A stretch of 64,000 bases of DNA from Curvularia clavata. Taxonomy: Eukaryota. The stretch lies in the NCBI GenBank assembly GCA_023920165.1, contig CP089275.1:3410001-3474000 (forward strand). The letters run 5' to 3'. The position numbers and the translations under genes are program-made. This document shows positions 22,801-33,574 of this stretch, piece after piece. The notes beneath the pieces were generated by a model, which did not search any database, was not told the origin of the DNA, and saw nothing but the letters and a program-made list of their open reading frames with translations. How positions within the stretch are numbered: position 1 is the first letter of the stretch; each line of letters starts with the position of its first letter.

Positions 22801-23712
22801 GGCTGAGCCCTCAAGCAAAAGCATGTCGCATGCAACACCGGAGTCTTCCTTGGTCCTGCCTACGCTGACGATATCGCCGGGAAGCAACTTGTCGCTCATG
22901 ATCTCTTGCCATCGCTTCTGCCTGTATACCAGAATTTCATAAGGCTTGATGCTCATTCCACGGAACTCGTTCAGCGTCCTCTGCCTCTGCCACACAACGG
23001 TGCTCTCGAAAACCACAAGCATGAAGAGCGTGAACAGCGAGTAGTACCAGTATTCATCCAACATCCACAGCCCCACACAGAAGACCTGGAAGACGAAGAA
23101 GGGGGCAACGGCGTGTTCCTTGAACAGCTCGGTGAAAGTCGGTACGGGGATATCGAATGCATTGTCGCCATAGTGTTGCTGGAGACGCTCAATTTCGGCG
23201 GGCGAGGTGAGGCCCTGTGCTTGCTGGAACGTCTTGAGTTGAGGCTTGGGTTCGGTGTCGATGGCGTAGGCGAGCGGGGCAAACGAGCCCTTTTCGGCGT
23301 CGTAGAGGAAACGTCGCTTTTGGAAGAGGAAGGAGATGTTGGGCTTTCCGCCGACCTGGTCGCGAACCAACTTGACAATCTCGGCGGCACCTGCGTTCTT
23401 GATAGGCTGTACTTTGATGAGCTGTGCGCTGCGCACGTCGCTAGCCGCGGTGGTGGTGAAAGCGCTCTTAAGGTTGACATTCCAGTGCGTCATGAGCCAG
23501 AAGAGCGACTGGAACGTGGTGATGGTGGCAATCCAGACAAAAGTCCATTCCGACGACTGGATGTATTGTTCGTAGCGCTGGGGCGAGAAGTATATGGCAG
23601 AGAAGGCTGGCCATATTATCAGAAAGGGCCAGATGTATGTGTGCAGCTGCAATGGCAGCGGGTTGTGCAGGCTAGCCTGCTTGATCTGGGGGTTGTCGAC
23701 AAGCGGCGCCAT
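19822..23712 (-). CDS. SPF1: ER P5A-type ATPase Spf1/Cod1 (ATP13A1 ortholog)
   Basis: Intronless, 1296 aa. SGES, PPELPMEL (P5A signature), CFDKTGTLT, KGAPE, MITGDN and GDGTNDVGALK. Confidence 0.95.
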   Translation of the reverse strand: MAPLVDNPQIKQASLHNPLPLQLHTYIWPFLIIWPAFSAIYFSPQRYEQYIQSSEWTFVWIATITTFQSLFWLMTHWNVNLKSAFTTTAASDVRSAQLIKVQPIKNAGAAEIVKLVRDQVGGKPNISFLFQKRRFLYDAEKGSFAPLAYAIDTEPKPQLKTFQQAQGLTSPAEIERLQQHYGDNAFDIPVPTFTELFKEHAVAPFFVFQVFCVGLWMLDEYWYYSLFTLFMLVVFESTVVWQRQRTLNEFRGMSIKPYEILVYRQKRWQEIMSDKLLPGDIVSVGRTKEDSGVACDMLLLEGSAIVNEAMLSGESTPVLKESIQLRPGDARIEPEGLDKNSFLWGGTKVLQVSHGSNIEEDGGVVPKLSSGVPPPPDKGAVAIVIKTGFETNQGSLVRTMIFATERVSANNVEALFFILFLTVFALAASWYVWQEGVRLDRQRNKLLLDCVLIVTSVVPPELPMELSLAVNTSLAALSKYAIFCTEPFRIPFAGQVDVACFDKTGTLTGEDLVVDGIAGLSLGQKGATVAPDGAHTDLTKVTDVGTETTLVLAAAHALVKLDDGETVGEPMEKATLQSLGWKLGAKDTLQATSTTAKSHAELVQIRRRFQFSSALKRQSSVATVLVNDKNGRKVKSTIAAVKGAPETIRKMLVNTPPHYEETFKHFTRNGGRVLALAYKFLSEDGEWGQNRINDLKREQVESDLHFAGFLVLQCPLKPDAIEAVRALNESSHRVVMITGDNPLTAVHVAKQVEIVDRECYILDAPENDDSGEKLVWRSVDDKISIPVDPTKPLDDEILKTKDICLTGYALSKFSGQPGWNQILRYTWVYARVSPKQKEEILLGLKDRGYTTLMAGDGTNDVGALKQAHIGVALLNGTREDLDKIGEHFRNTQMKNVYEKQCNLMQRFNQPSPPVPVMIAHLYPPGPTNPHYEKAMEAQAKKKGLLPAANGVANGSASTGTLVQQQPGQVQPPQAAANFAQQMQEKMMAQELEELAGEPPTIKLGDASVAAPFTSKLANVVAIPNIIRQGRCTLVATIQMYKILALNCLISAYSLSVLYLDGIKFGDGQVTISGMMMSVCFLSISRAKTVEALSKERPQSNIFNTYIIGSVLGQFAIHIITLIYVSQYVQRVEPKDPNPDLEKEFEPSLLNSAIYLLQLIQQISTFAINYQGRPFRESIRENKGMYWGLVSVSGVAFSCATEFIPELNEKLKLVPFTSDFKIMITTIMAFDFIACYIIEKGLKYFFSDNKPKDIAVRRPDQLERENARKKEEELQAQRKKNEEMVAMAEAKGLVKRG

Positions 23713-24011
23713 AGTTGTGGTGTCGTGGCCAGACGAACGTCAGTCTTTGAAGTTATTGCCCGCCATCCCTCGCCTCGCCATCGTGCAGGCCTCGGCGCTA
23801 GTTTCCCCGACCCACGTGTAGAGGAATTCACGGACTCGGACCAAATACGGACTAGCGTGAACGTAGTAATACTCGCGCTGCGTTTGTACTTGCGTCATCA
23901 CGTAAGGACAGTGGCTTCACCATATGTGTCATTTGTTCGGATTCGGATTTTTTCTTTCAAGTGGATGAATACGTTCTAATTCATTGTCTGTGCCTCCAAT
24001 CAACGTTTCGA

Positions 24012-25963
24012 CTATCGCATCATTTCTGCCCAGATGCTCTCCAGTCTACCGTCAAAGAATACATCATTCCATGCTATATGCGTCATCGCATCTTTCAATT
24101 CTGCTTGGTGTCTAATCTCCAACACTCCACACAGCTCGGAAAGCTTCGAGATCCACCAAGCGCGGTCCTCTTCCACCCCAACAACCGAGCAGGCCACAAC
24201 TAATACCCAGGCCAGCATCTTTAAGTTCTTTTCACGTCCCCACACTTCTATTACCGAGATTGCAGGCCGATCTATGGCTATGCGCAGCCGACTCAGGATA
24301 ATGCTAAAGATCTTTGCGTTGGTTGGAACTCCCCGTAGGCCAGCATAGACAAAAATAAGTGTTGCAGCAAGAAGCCCTTCGACCACACTGGCTGCACCCG
24401 CTATGTTTTTCCGATGCTCCTGGTCTTCATCTCTGCATTCCCGGATGTCTTGAGTGTCTCTGTCAAAATCGACGAAATCACGGGATCGATCGGGTACAGA
24501 AAGGACGATGTACACCATCTGATAGAGGAGGTTGCTCAACGTGAGTCGGGAGACATGGCCATACCAATGTGAAGACATTGCCAGTGCGATTCGATGTAAT
24601 CTGTAGAATATGTTGAAGCATTCCGTCGGAGCGATGGTTAGCTGAAGTGGCGATGTTGGCGATGTGTATGCTGCCTCTTCCATCAGCTCGTCAGGCAGTA
24701 GAGGCGCATCTGGATCGAGGCAGACTAGTGGAAATGAAGGAGGCGTCCGAAACGCTGCAGCAGTATGAAAATCTATCCTATAGTTATGCTTCTCAGCAAT
24801 TTGGGTCAACTTTCCTGTGTATCCGAAGCTTACCATAATATGCCGCGCAGCAAGCCGTCGTTGTGGCCGAACACAAACAAACCTCCTCGGGCCATCACCA
24901 TTCGTTTTAGAGCGATCAAGTGCACCTGGGCAGTATCATATGCTCCGCAAAAATTCTGGCTACTGTCAGCAGATGCATGACAGATGAAAAAATTCTGTGT
25001 TGAATATGGAGTCCAACCTCAAAGCTAGCGAGTGTCAAGACCGTGCCAATGACCTCGTCCGAAACAATTCCATCAGGCTCCGCGAGCTTGGAACTGATTG
25101 CATTTATTGCATCGCATTTATGTCTAAGATAACAACACTGTAACTCACTGAGACCCTTTGCGAGCACACCGTATACTGCCCACGTTGCTAGTGTAGCATG
25201 TAGAAGACCGGCATCGTGGATGGTCCAAGATGGCCAGGTATTCTTGGCATCAATAGCAATAGAGTTACTTTTGGGTGCGCCTTTGTCTGAGGGATATCAG
25301 TATGGACGATCCAGCTATGTATGTATTTTCTCGACAAAGGCCATCTCCGAGGGTTAACGTACATAATTGAAACAACATATCAAACTGCTGTGTCCCTGGT
25401 ATCGGTAAAATATCGAAAGGATCGATACGGTGAGCACTCGGGTCTGTTCTCAGTCTTGCCGATTTCAAGGCCCGTTCGGATATCCCCTCTTGTGCCGTAT
25501 CGTCTCTTCCCCTTGGTGAGCGACGTCTCTTTCCTGTTGGTCCGCCAAGTGAGGCTACTGTCACAGCTCTAGACGAACAACGCCTTTCTCCGTTGCCAGT
25601 TCCTTTTCCTCTTTTTCCTTTCGGCTTTCCACCCTCGAGTCCTTTTTCATTCGCCGATTTGTTAAGCCGAAACCGACTACTCAATTGCTGTTTTGCCATG
25701 ACTGTGGTTGCTGAACTGTGCTCTGATTTAGCCGCCAGCGGTGCCGTTGTTTTCGTCTCAAAAAAGTTACGCATCACTAGCCGCCGGATCATGCCTCGCT
25801 CCGCACCGTTCGGCAGATGCGGCTTTTCCGTAGTCACAAAGAACTCGTATTCGCGTACTGTAGTTCTGCCCGATGCATTGTTCGTTGGTGACCGGTCTAA
25901 AGGCGAGGAGCTACTTGCCGAACTCGAGGTACTGTGTTTCGATGTGTTCGGTGTATCTGCCAT
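24012..25963 (-). CDS. Fungal-specific transcription-factor-like protein lacking a Zn2Cys6 cluster (DUF3468/Fungal_trans_2-like)
   Basis: Introns 25287-25362, 24956-25017 and 24778-24833 give IRRLVMRNF, IDPFDILP, DAGLLHATLA, DEVIGTVLTLASFE and HLIALKRMVMARGGL. Confidence 0.7.
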
Positions 25964-26925
25964 GGCGGAGGTTGATAATTTTTTCAGACGGACGAAGAGA
26001 CATGCCCGAAGGTGCAATCAGGTATGTAGCAGATGGAGTGTTGTGCTCGTCACTTGGTCAGCCTCTTTAGTTATGTCTAGTTGCTCTTGTGGCTGAATTG
26101 GTAGATAAAAGACGAGATTTGATTCTCGCCACAGCTATCCCCTAGACTGGTGACGATGGCAGCGACCGTTATTTGTGAAAGTGGTGGATTATATAAACAG
26201 ATTGTTGCTTACGGCAGCGGGGTAGGGTCCAGAGGCTTCAGAACCGCTTTGTGATTGGAGTGTGGTTCGCAGGCACGGTACATCTTTAGGACGACTCGCC
26301 GATATGCTCCAGCCACTTGCAGACCTCCAGCTAGCATTTCAGTTCGTGACAGCGAGCAGCATGCCGATCAGTGTCAAGTCTTTAATGGCTAGAGTCTTAT
26401 CTACACCGATACTTTCATCTACCGGCAGCTTTCAAAGTTCCTCTCGCATCTTGGCGTAGTCTTGCAGCGAGTCATATGCAGCACAGCACAACGTATAGTG
26501 TTGTAGTCCATCTGATCGTGGGATATGGCGTCATTGTTGCAGGATGTAACTTTTTAAAGGAAAGAAATCCTATAACATCAGACCATTGAAGAAGGATTGG
26601 CGCGCTTGGGGAAGTATCGAAACTGTGGCTATGCTGACACAGCAGAGCTAGCCCCATGAAGTCAATAATAGCACTACTAACCCCCACTCCGTTCCGGGAG
26701 GCCACAGGATTAATTGGAGCATTCTCGTGTTGGCTCCAGCTGAGCACGGTTCAATTTGCTGAGCGTTATGCCGAGGAAGATGTGAAAACGAACGGACAAC
26801 GTTATTCGGTTAAAGGCCTGGAGAAAAAATAGATGTTCTTGGTAATAAAGCTTGTTAATTGCCCCTGACTGCGCGCCCGCTGCGCTCAGGCCCTAATCTA
26901 TATTCGAACACGGAAATCATACAAA

Positions 26926-28938
26926 TTATTTTCCCTTATCCTCCCTGAGGCTCACAATCTGGTTGAGCACAATATCATTCTCAGTCGAATCGATATCGAC
27001 GCAAAAGTAGGCCGTTCGCAAAGCCTGGAAACGAACAAGAGCATCCGAAGAACCACTCAAGTCCAATGACGTCTCGCTGATGAGGTTTCTGATTCCCTTC
27101 TCGATAAAGGCGTTCTTATAGATGATCTCAGAGTTGGGGTTCAGGTCGTCGGCCCAGCCTCCTGTCTTCCAGTCCAGTGTATTTGGAGACTCGGTCTTGA
27201 AGAGCGAGTTGTATATGCGTGCCGTGACTGGGACACCAGTTGCCGCGTCCACCCATTGGATGTAAGCTTTTGGTTTCTCGGCTGCCGGTGCCTTGACTGC
27301 TTTGATCTCAGTAACCTTGCCGCTCTCGTCTTTGGAGAAGGACGTAGCGCGAATCGGGAATGGCACGTTGTATAGACCAACGGTTTTGTTGGGTGCCAGA
27401 CGGAAGTAGTCTGCGCTATCTTCCTCTCTGAAATCACTGCGGTCGATGTACACTGCGTTGCCAATCTTGACCTTTCGCTCTCCAGGGATAGTACCCTTGG
27501 GATCGTACGGCACCGTAAGCTCCTGCTCATCCTCGGCAGCAAAGTCTTCGATGATGACCTTGATGGGGTCGAGCACGAGCATTTGGCGTGGTACTGTTCG
27601 CTCCAGGTGTTTCCGAATCGAAGCCTCGAAACGCGGGGGCTCAATTTCGGAGAGCGCATCTGTGACGCCGAGCTCGTCGACGAAGTTGAGCATAGCCTTG
27701 GCTGGGATGCCACGGCGGCGTAGAGCGACCATAGTGAAAAGACGAGGGTCGTCCCATCCTCGCACGGCTGACGGAATCTTCTTTGTTTCGACAGTACCGT
27801 CAGCATTCTTCTTCTCTACTGTAGTTCCTTCTACAAGCTGGAGAATGCGTCGCTTTGACAAGATGGTACCGCCAACACTGAGACGGCCGAACCTGCTTCT
27901 TGTCAGTGCACGCAACGCAACAAATAACGACTTTCTTACTCTCTCTGCATAGGTCCCTTCTCTTCCGACTTTGGCACCTTCATATCTAGTTGCTCTAGAA
28001 GCCAGTCGTATGAAACACGCGACTGGCGGAACTCGACGGTACACATGGAGTGGGTGATGCCCTCCAGAGCATCGCAAATGCAGTGCGTAAAGTCATATGT
28101 GGGGTATATTCTCCACTTGTCACCTGTCCTGTGGTGGTAGTTTTCTTTTACGACACGGTACGCTGGCAAATCCCACATTTGCGGGTTGCCCTCGTCTGGG
28201 TCCGTCAACTTCTGCTTCATCCGGAGAAACGCCTCGCCAGCCTTGTATTTTCCGTCGCGCATGGCTCGGAACTCGGTGATTGACTCTTCGATGGGTCGAG
28301 TGCGATGAGCACAGGCATAGCGCTTGCCACGGTTGTCGGGTCCTCCACGCTGGTTGTTGATTTCCTCGCCTGTATATTGGTCAGACTTGGACAGGTACAT
28401 ATACATCGTCAGACTTACGCGAACAGTGACAGACATAAGCACCATCTTTGTTAATCAGCTCTTCAGCCAGCTCGTATAGCTTATCAAAGTTGTCGCTGCT
28501 GTAGGTGATCTTCCAGGGTTCAAAGCCCAGCCACTTGACAACATCCAGGATTGCCTTGAAGTAGATTTCGTCTTCCTTCTCGGGATTGGTGTCATCGTAG
28601 CGCAGGTAGCACTTGCCGTTGTGGTGTTTGGCGAAACCAAAGTCTACAGCAATGGCTTTGGCGTGTCCAATGTGCAGAAAGCCGTTGGGCTCAGGCGGGA
28701 AACGAGTCCTGACTTCGGAGACAGGCTTCTCTTCGTAAATGCGCTTCAGCCAACCCTCTGAGAAGATGCTGGTCGGTTCGCTCTTTGCGCTAGACTTTGC
28801 CTGCTCCTTGGGTCGCAGGGCGTGTTCGGCTTTCTTGGCCTTGGCTGCAGCTTTTTTCGCTGCCTTTTCAAGGGCGCGCTTGGAGGGGCCCTTCTCCTCC
28901 CCAGCAGGTGGTGGTGCGGGAGCTGAAGGCTCGGCCAT
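26926..28938 (-). CDS. GLN4: Glutaminyl-tRNA synthetase
   Basis: [52 protein letters not shown]. Introns 28370-28418 and 27893-27939. Confidence 0.95.
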
Positions 28939-28940
28939 GT

Positions 28941-29057
28941 CTGTTTGTGTCAGTTCTTGCTACTGTTGAGAGAACGCCAGTGGTTTTTTGGAGAAATTTT
29001 CACGGATGGAGGCAGAGACTAATTAACAGAAAAGACACGTCTGTCGTCGCGACTTAC
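28941..29057 (-). other. 5'-UTR intron of GLN4
   Basis: CAG|GTAAGT donor at 29057, CTGAC branch point, and a CAG acceptor ending 2 nt before the ATG. The upstream ATGs are out of frame after splicing. Confidence 0.7.
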
Positions 29058-29144
29058 CTGGTGGTGTGCTGTGTGGATTGTAGGGTAGTTCGTGTGCAGC
29101 TTGGAGGGGCACGAGGGGTCCATATCAACATTCTGGAGGGGCAC

Positions 29145-29294
29145 TGACTCAAACACGCTAGGTAGCCGCCTCACTAGCCACACGCCACACCTGGCACAGC
29201 CTCTGTCTGGCTTATCTTCTGCACTTTATGCATCGAGTTTGCTTAGTTTCTATCTTGAGCCTTCAAAGACTGATGTTGCACAGACATTGAGTCA
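29145..29294. promoter_or_regulatory. Two perfect Gcn4/CpcA/CPC-1 sites upstream of GLN4
   Basis: TGACTCA at 29145-29151 and TGAGTCA at 29288-29294. Confidence 0.6.
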
Positions 29295-29701
29295 GGTTAT
29301 TCAAGTTTGAACCAAGTCTTGCTTGCCTTCGTTGTCAGGACGCTAACATGTTGGCATGGCGGCGTCTTCTGTGCTACAGACGCTTCTTCTCTATTCGCGC
29401 ATACGTTTTCGTTTAGTGAAGACGCAGACACAATTTTCTTTCTCATTCCATTAGGAAGCTAAATCTATTTGTTTTCCCCAAGACTTTCTACAACGCACGA
29501 ACTCAACCATGGCTTCTTCAATCATTCAACTTCAATGGTAGAGTATTGCCGCCACAGTTTTGCCAACTCTATGCCGGTGGAATGTATACATAAAGCCCTG
29601 CTGAATCCCCTTGGAATCTGGTAAAATGCATTGATCCATAATAATCCTTCTTGTGTAATTCTGACTATTCAATAACCAATCCTCCTTTTTTGTCAACATC
29701 C

Positions 29702-30859
29702 ATGGAAACAAACACTTCGTCGTCGGGACCAATCCGTCCAAACGACGAATTTCGCCCAAACAGCGAAGTCCAATTATCAAACTCCGAATCACTTATCTCC
29801 CAAAGACAACGAAGAGCTAGCCTCCTCATATCCCAACACTACGAACCTCTAATCACCGAAATACTTTCTGAAGAACTCCTCAAGTACACCCACAGCACCG
29901 CCATTGACCCCACAGACGTAGTCCGACACAAGCGCGACTGTGCCCTGATCATCGCCTCCGCATCCCCCATCTTCACCGCCGCCGTGACAGGAAACCTCGT
30001 AGCCCGGATGCTAACAGACCCCTATCTCCAAAACGAATACGCTGCTCTCTCAGCCCAAGCACACCATCAACCCTCCATCTACGCTCACTTCCTTACAGAT
30101 AAATTCGGGATAGCCCCAACACCGACTCAATACCTCACTATCAGCAACACAATCACCTCCTACCTCTCAGCCGACCAACCCTCCCCCCACGCCTGGGCAA
30201 TCGACAACGTGACCTCCCCACCAGTAACCCTCCAGTCCTCCTCAACCGGCCATAGAAAGTACCTCCAAACCCGCTCCTCCACCCGCTCCTCTCAACGCAT
30301 CAACACCCTGTCACGCTTCTGTGCCGCCGCCCGCACTCGCTTCGTACAAACACCCGCTGCCCTACACGACACACCTTTCACCTTTCCCCCCGCTGAATGC
30401 GGTTACTCGTACGACTCGCATACGCGGATAGCACAGCACCGCGCGCGCAGGGGTTCAAACTATATCATGAATCTTGTCGAAGATACGTGTGCATATTTGC
30501 ATCAGTGCGGCACATTTACGCAGCTGTTTGTTATGCATCCCTTTATCATTTTCTTGTTATTTAGAGCGAGACAGGCGGTGATGGCGGAGATCTTATGCTC
30601 TGGGTTGCTGCAGGTGTGGGTGGACGGCGGGGGTGGATTCAATGCGTGGCCAGCAGGGAGGAGTGTGTCGAGTGCAACGCGTGTGAGAAGAGAGGATTGG
30701 AGAGGGTTTGAGAGATGCGTGGTGAGGGGGTCGGAGATCGTGGAGACGTTGAGGGCGCAGAAGCAGCGCGCGGAGGAGTGGTGGCGGGCGCTGGATTCGG
30801 AGGAGGTTTGTGTGGAGGAGATGGAAGAGGACGATGATGCAGAGGACGGCGACATGTAG
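29702..30859 (+). CDS. Hypothetical protein, possible divergent GIY-YIG-like nuclease fold
   Basis: Intronless 385-aa ORF from ATG 29702. Motifs PSIY, ECGYS..TRIAQH, AEI and GGGFN; acidic tail. Confidence 0.7.
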   Translation: METNTSSSGPIRPNDEFRPNSEVQLSNSESLISQRQRRASLLISQHYEPLITEILSEELLKYTHSTAIDPTDVVRHKRDCALIIASASPIFTAAVTGNLVARMLTDPYLQNEYAALSAQAHHQPSIYAHFLTDKFGIAPTPTQYLTISNTITSYLSADQPSPHAWAIDNVTSPPVTLQSSSTGHRKYLQTRSSTRSSQRINTLSRFCAAARTRFVQTPAALHDTPFTFPPAECGYSYDSHTRIAQHRARRGSNYIMNLVEDTCAYLHQCGTFTQLFVMHPFIIFLLFRARQAVMAEILCSGLLQVWVDGGGGFNAWPAGRSVSSATRVRREDWRGFERCVVRGSEIVETLRAQKQRAEEWWRALDSEEVCVEEMEEDDDAEDGDM

Positions 30860-31025
30860 AGTAGGTAGGTTGTACATGCGGGATTCGTTTAGTGACTGTT
30901 TACATTCGAAGTAGTATCACATCCCTCCTTGTTAGTGTCGTTCAGTGTCACTCTTCCATCACTTTCTCTGCTATTGCATCAGTCATTCTATTCCTTTCCC
31001 TTGTCAATCTTCTCACCACTTCTCT

Positions 31026-31049
31026 GGGGGGGGGGGGGGGGGGGGGGGG
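31026..31049 (+). repeat. Poly-G homopolymer (G24)
   Basis: 24 consecutive G in intergenic DNA. Confidence 0.95.
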
Positions 31050-31275
31050 AAACAATGCCGTCATGGTGAAGTGGAGTGCAAGTGATCTGATTGCTCAGAC
31101 CGCTCTCACCTGCTGCGAGACAAGAACGTGACTTCTCCTCTACCTACTTCAACCTCCACCCACGCCCTGAGCATCATAAGAATACTCGCATCCCCACCAA
31201 TAACTTCCTGCTCTTCCAAGAAAACTCCTTCATACGAGCCAAAAAAAAAGCCAACTCAACACCACAGCCCACAAC

Positions 31276-31761
31276 ATGTCTGGCCCTAACAACAACGAAG
31301 ATGCCCGCCCCAAAACCACACCACACTTTGACCCCATGGCTGAGCTCCTCGATCTAGGTCGCATGCGCTTTGATACCGAGACCGCCGCGCCCTCTAACCG
31401 GGACACCGCCCTGGCATATCCAGGAGCGCACACAGCCCTCCTCCCACGCGCCGGACATGCCCCCCGCGGTCTGGAAGCACAAGTACACGCTTGGACCACA
31501 TTTCAGTACACCACTGACGAAGTAGATGTGAAAGAGGAGCTCAAGGGCGATTTACACGGCGGTCAGTTGCACCGCGTGAATCGGGCTGCGAGGGGAGAGG
31601 AGCCTATCATCAGGGAGAAGGGAGGGAAAGGGAAGGCGAAGGGAGGTGATGAGAATGAGTTGTGTGCAGGGAGGAAGCCCGAGAGGGGTGGTTTGCCGAT
31701 GGCGAAGGGCATGGCGGAGGAGATGGAGAAGGGAATGTTTTGGGATGAGAAGATTATCTGA
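31276..31761 (+). CDS. Hypothetical protein (161 aa)
   Basis: Good start context (acaacATG), C/A-rich leader and coding-like composition. No domain recognised. Confidence 0.6.
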   Translation: MSGPNNNEDARPKTTPHFDPMAELLDLGRMRFDTETAAPSNRDTALAYPGAHTALLPRAGHAPRGLEAQVHAWTTFQYTTDEVDVKEELKGDLHGGQLHRVNRAARGEEPIIREKGGKGKAKGGDENELCAGRKPERGGLPMAKGMAEEMEKGMFWDEKII

Positions 31762-31917
31762 GGGAGAGAGAGGTTGATAAGGAGGATACCGTGGATGAAG
31801 TTCAAGTAAAGATGAGCATAACCGATAAGGTTGGGACTTCACGCGATCAGCGTGTAGGGAATATTGGAGGAGAATAGCGCGTACCTCATGTATCCCCTTG
31901 AATGGAATCTTCAATAC

Positions 31918-33306
31918 TCAAGACTTTTTGAAATGCCGGTGTACAAGGCCACATAGACTCTCCCACAGCACTTGGTCTCTTCCCCTTACCCACTCGATCA
32001 CCACTTCTCGCGCCAGATCCACTACGCGAATCCGGAACGCCAGTTTGACTGACCGTCCCTCCCCCTCCTCTGTTTGCATATCTACGATGCCTTCTTTGAT
32101 TCTCCTTTCGTACATGCGTCTGTACGCTCGACTCCACACGTTCTGGCTGGCCTCACCGATGCCAATGGAAGACGCAGGATCCCAAGTCCAGCTGAGTAAG
32201 TCGAGTGAAGCCATCTGAGTAGTAATGGCGTCTTTTGCAGCCTGTGGGTCGACGGAAGGGGGCAAAGAGATGGGATAAGAAGTTGGAAAAGGGAGGTACT
32301 CATTTGAGATTTTCTCTATGCGGGCATGGCTCTGTTTGCTTTTGTCAGCCAGGTCAACAAAGCTCAGAACAAATGGATATGAACATGTATCCATCTATGT
32401 GACTTCATGAATACATACGTTTCTCGGTCGCAAGTCACCAAAGCTCCATGCCACGATCCAGCGCTTGGTGCTCCCCCCTACTTCCACGACACCAACAGCC
32501 CAGTTGGTAATGCTGTGCTGTTTCAACAGCCGGATAATGGCCTTTGCGCTGTCCAGTTTGCCAAACAAACTACTGTACCACTGAACTTTTTCTTTGAGCT
32601 GGAGACTCTCATTGACAATGGTAGTCACGAAGCCAACATCGCCACCACCATCAAAGACCATTTCGTTTTCTGATCCGGTGCACACGGCATTAGGCTTGGA
32701 GCTCTTGCCCTCGCCTCTAAGACTGGCTTGCATCTCAGACTTGTTGGTGAAGAAAGGCGGGTTGCACATGACAAAGTCGAGATGACTGATGCCAAGGGCG
32801 GCAAGCGGGACAAGAGGGTTGAGGGCAGTGGTTTGAAGCAGTTTCGTGCGCGTCATGAGGTTGTTGAGGGCAAGGTTGCGGGCCGCCGAATCGAAACTCT
32901 TCTTATCAATGTCTGTCGCGCACATGGACCAGTTTGGGCGCGATCGCAAGCACAGCATGGTATAAATGGCGGAGGCGCCGGTGCCTATATCTAGACCGAG
33001 GACCTGGCGGTTTGGATCATACCTGTTGGAGTAGTCCGGCGATGTAGAGTCAATGAGGCCTTGCATCCAGGCGACATAATTCCATCGGTTGGGTATTGGT
33101 GGGCAGAGACGGTCATTGGGAACGTCAAGGTCAAGGCCAAAGTCTGATTTGAGGATGGCTTTTGATAGGGTTTGAACAGTCTCTGGGTTCTGGAAGTCGA
33201 GTTTGCCCGAGGCTCGCTGCCATATTTGCTTAAAGTCATCATCTTTCTTGGCGAGGGCTTTGAAGTCGATCGAATCATACGGGGGCCGCTGTTCGAGATC
33301 CATCAT
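31918..33306 (-). CDS. METTL16/RlmF-family RNA N6-adenine methyltransferase (U6 snRNA m6A methyltransferase-like)
   Basis: RLCPPIPNRWNY, LDIGTGASAIY, MCNPPFF, GGDVGFV, WYSSLFGK, RWIVAWSF. Intron 32332-32418 joins the C-terminal exon (NVWSRAYRR..WVRGRDQVLWESLCG). Confidence 0.9.
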
Positions 33307-33574
33307 GGCTGCTAGGACGCCAATGGGAATGTGAGGTATCTTGACAAGCGTGGTCGCCGTGTCTACTAGCATGTAAGACTGCGGAGCGCAAAGCGGAAAG
33401 TGGCGCTCGGACCAACAAGACGTGATTGGTGGTAATTTTGCGATGAGGTGATTATGGGATGGAAGGGAGACAGTGGACAATATACAATTGATATACAAAA
33501 AAAGTAGAGGGATAGCGTCGCCGCAACTCCTGTATACACCTACCGCAGTCTATCCAACGCCGTACCATATACTG

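Noticed and set aside
22906..23979. 357-aa plus-strand ORF and many similar antisense ORFs (for example 7000-7761, 10283-11029, 45622-46302, 54703-55323)
   Set aside because: They are antisense shadows of well-supported genes with biased codon usage and carry no motifs of their own.
29052..29062. ACTTACCTGG resembling the 5' end of U1 snRNA
   Set aside because: It is the reverse complement of the GLN4 5'-UTR intron donor, and no U1 stems or Sm site follow.
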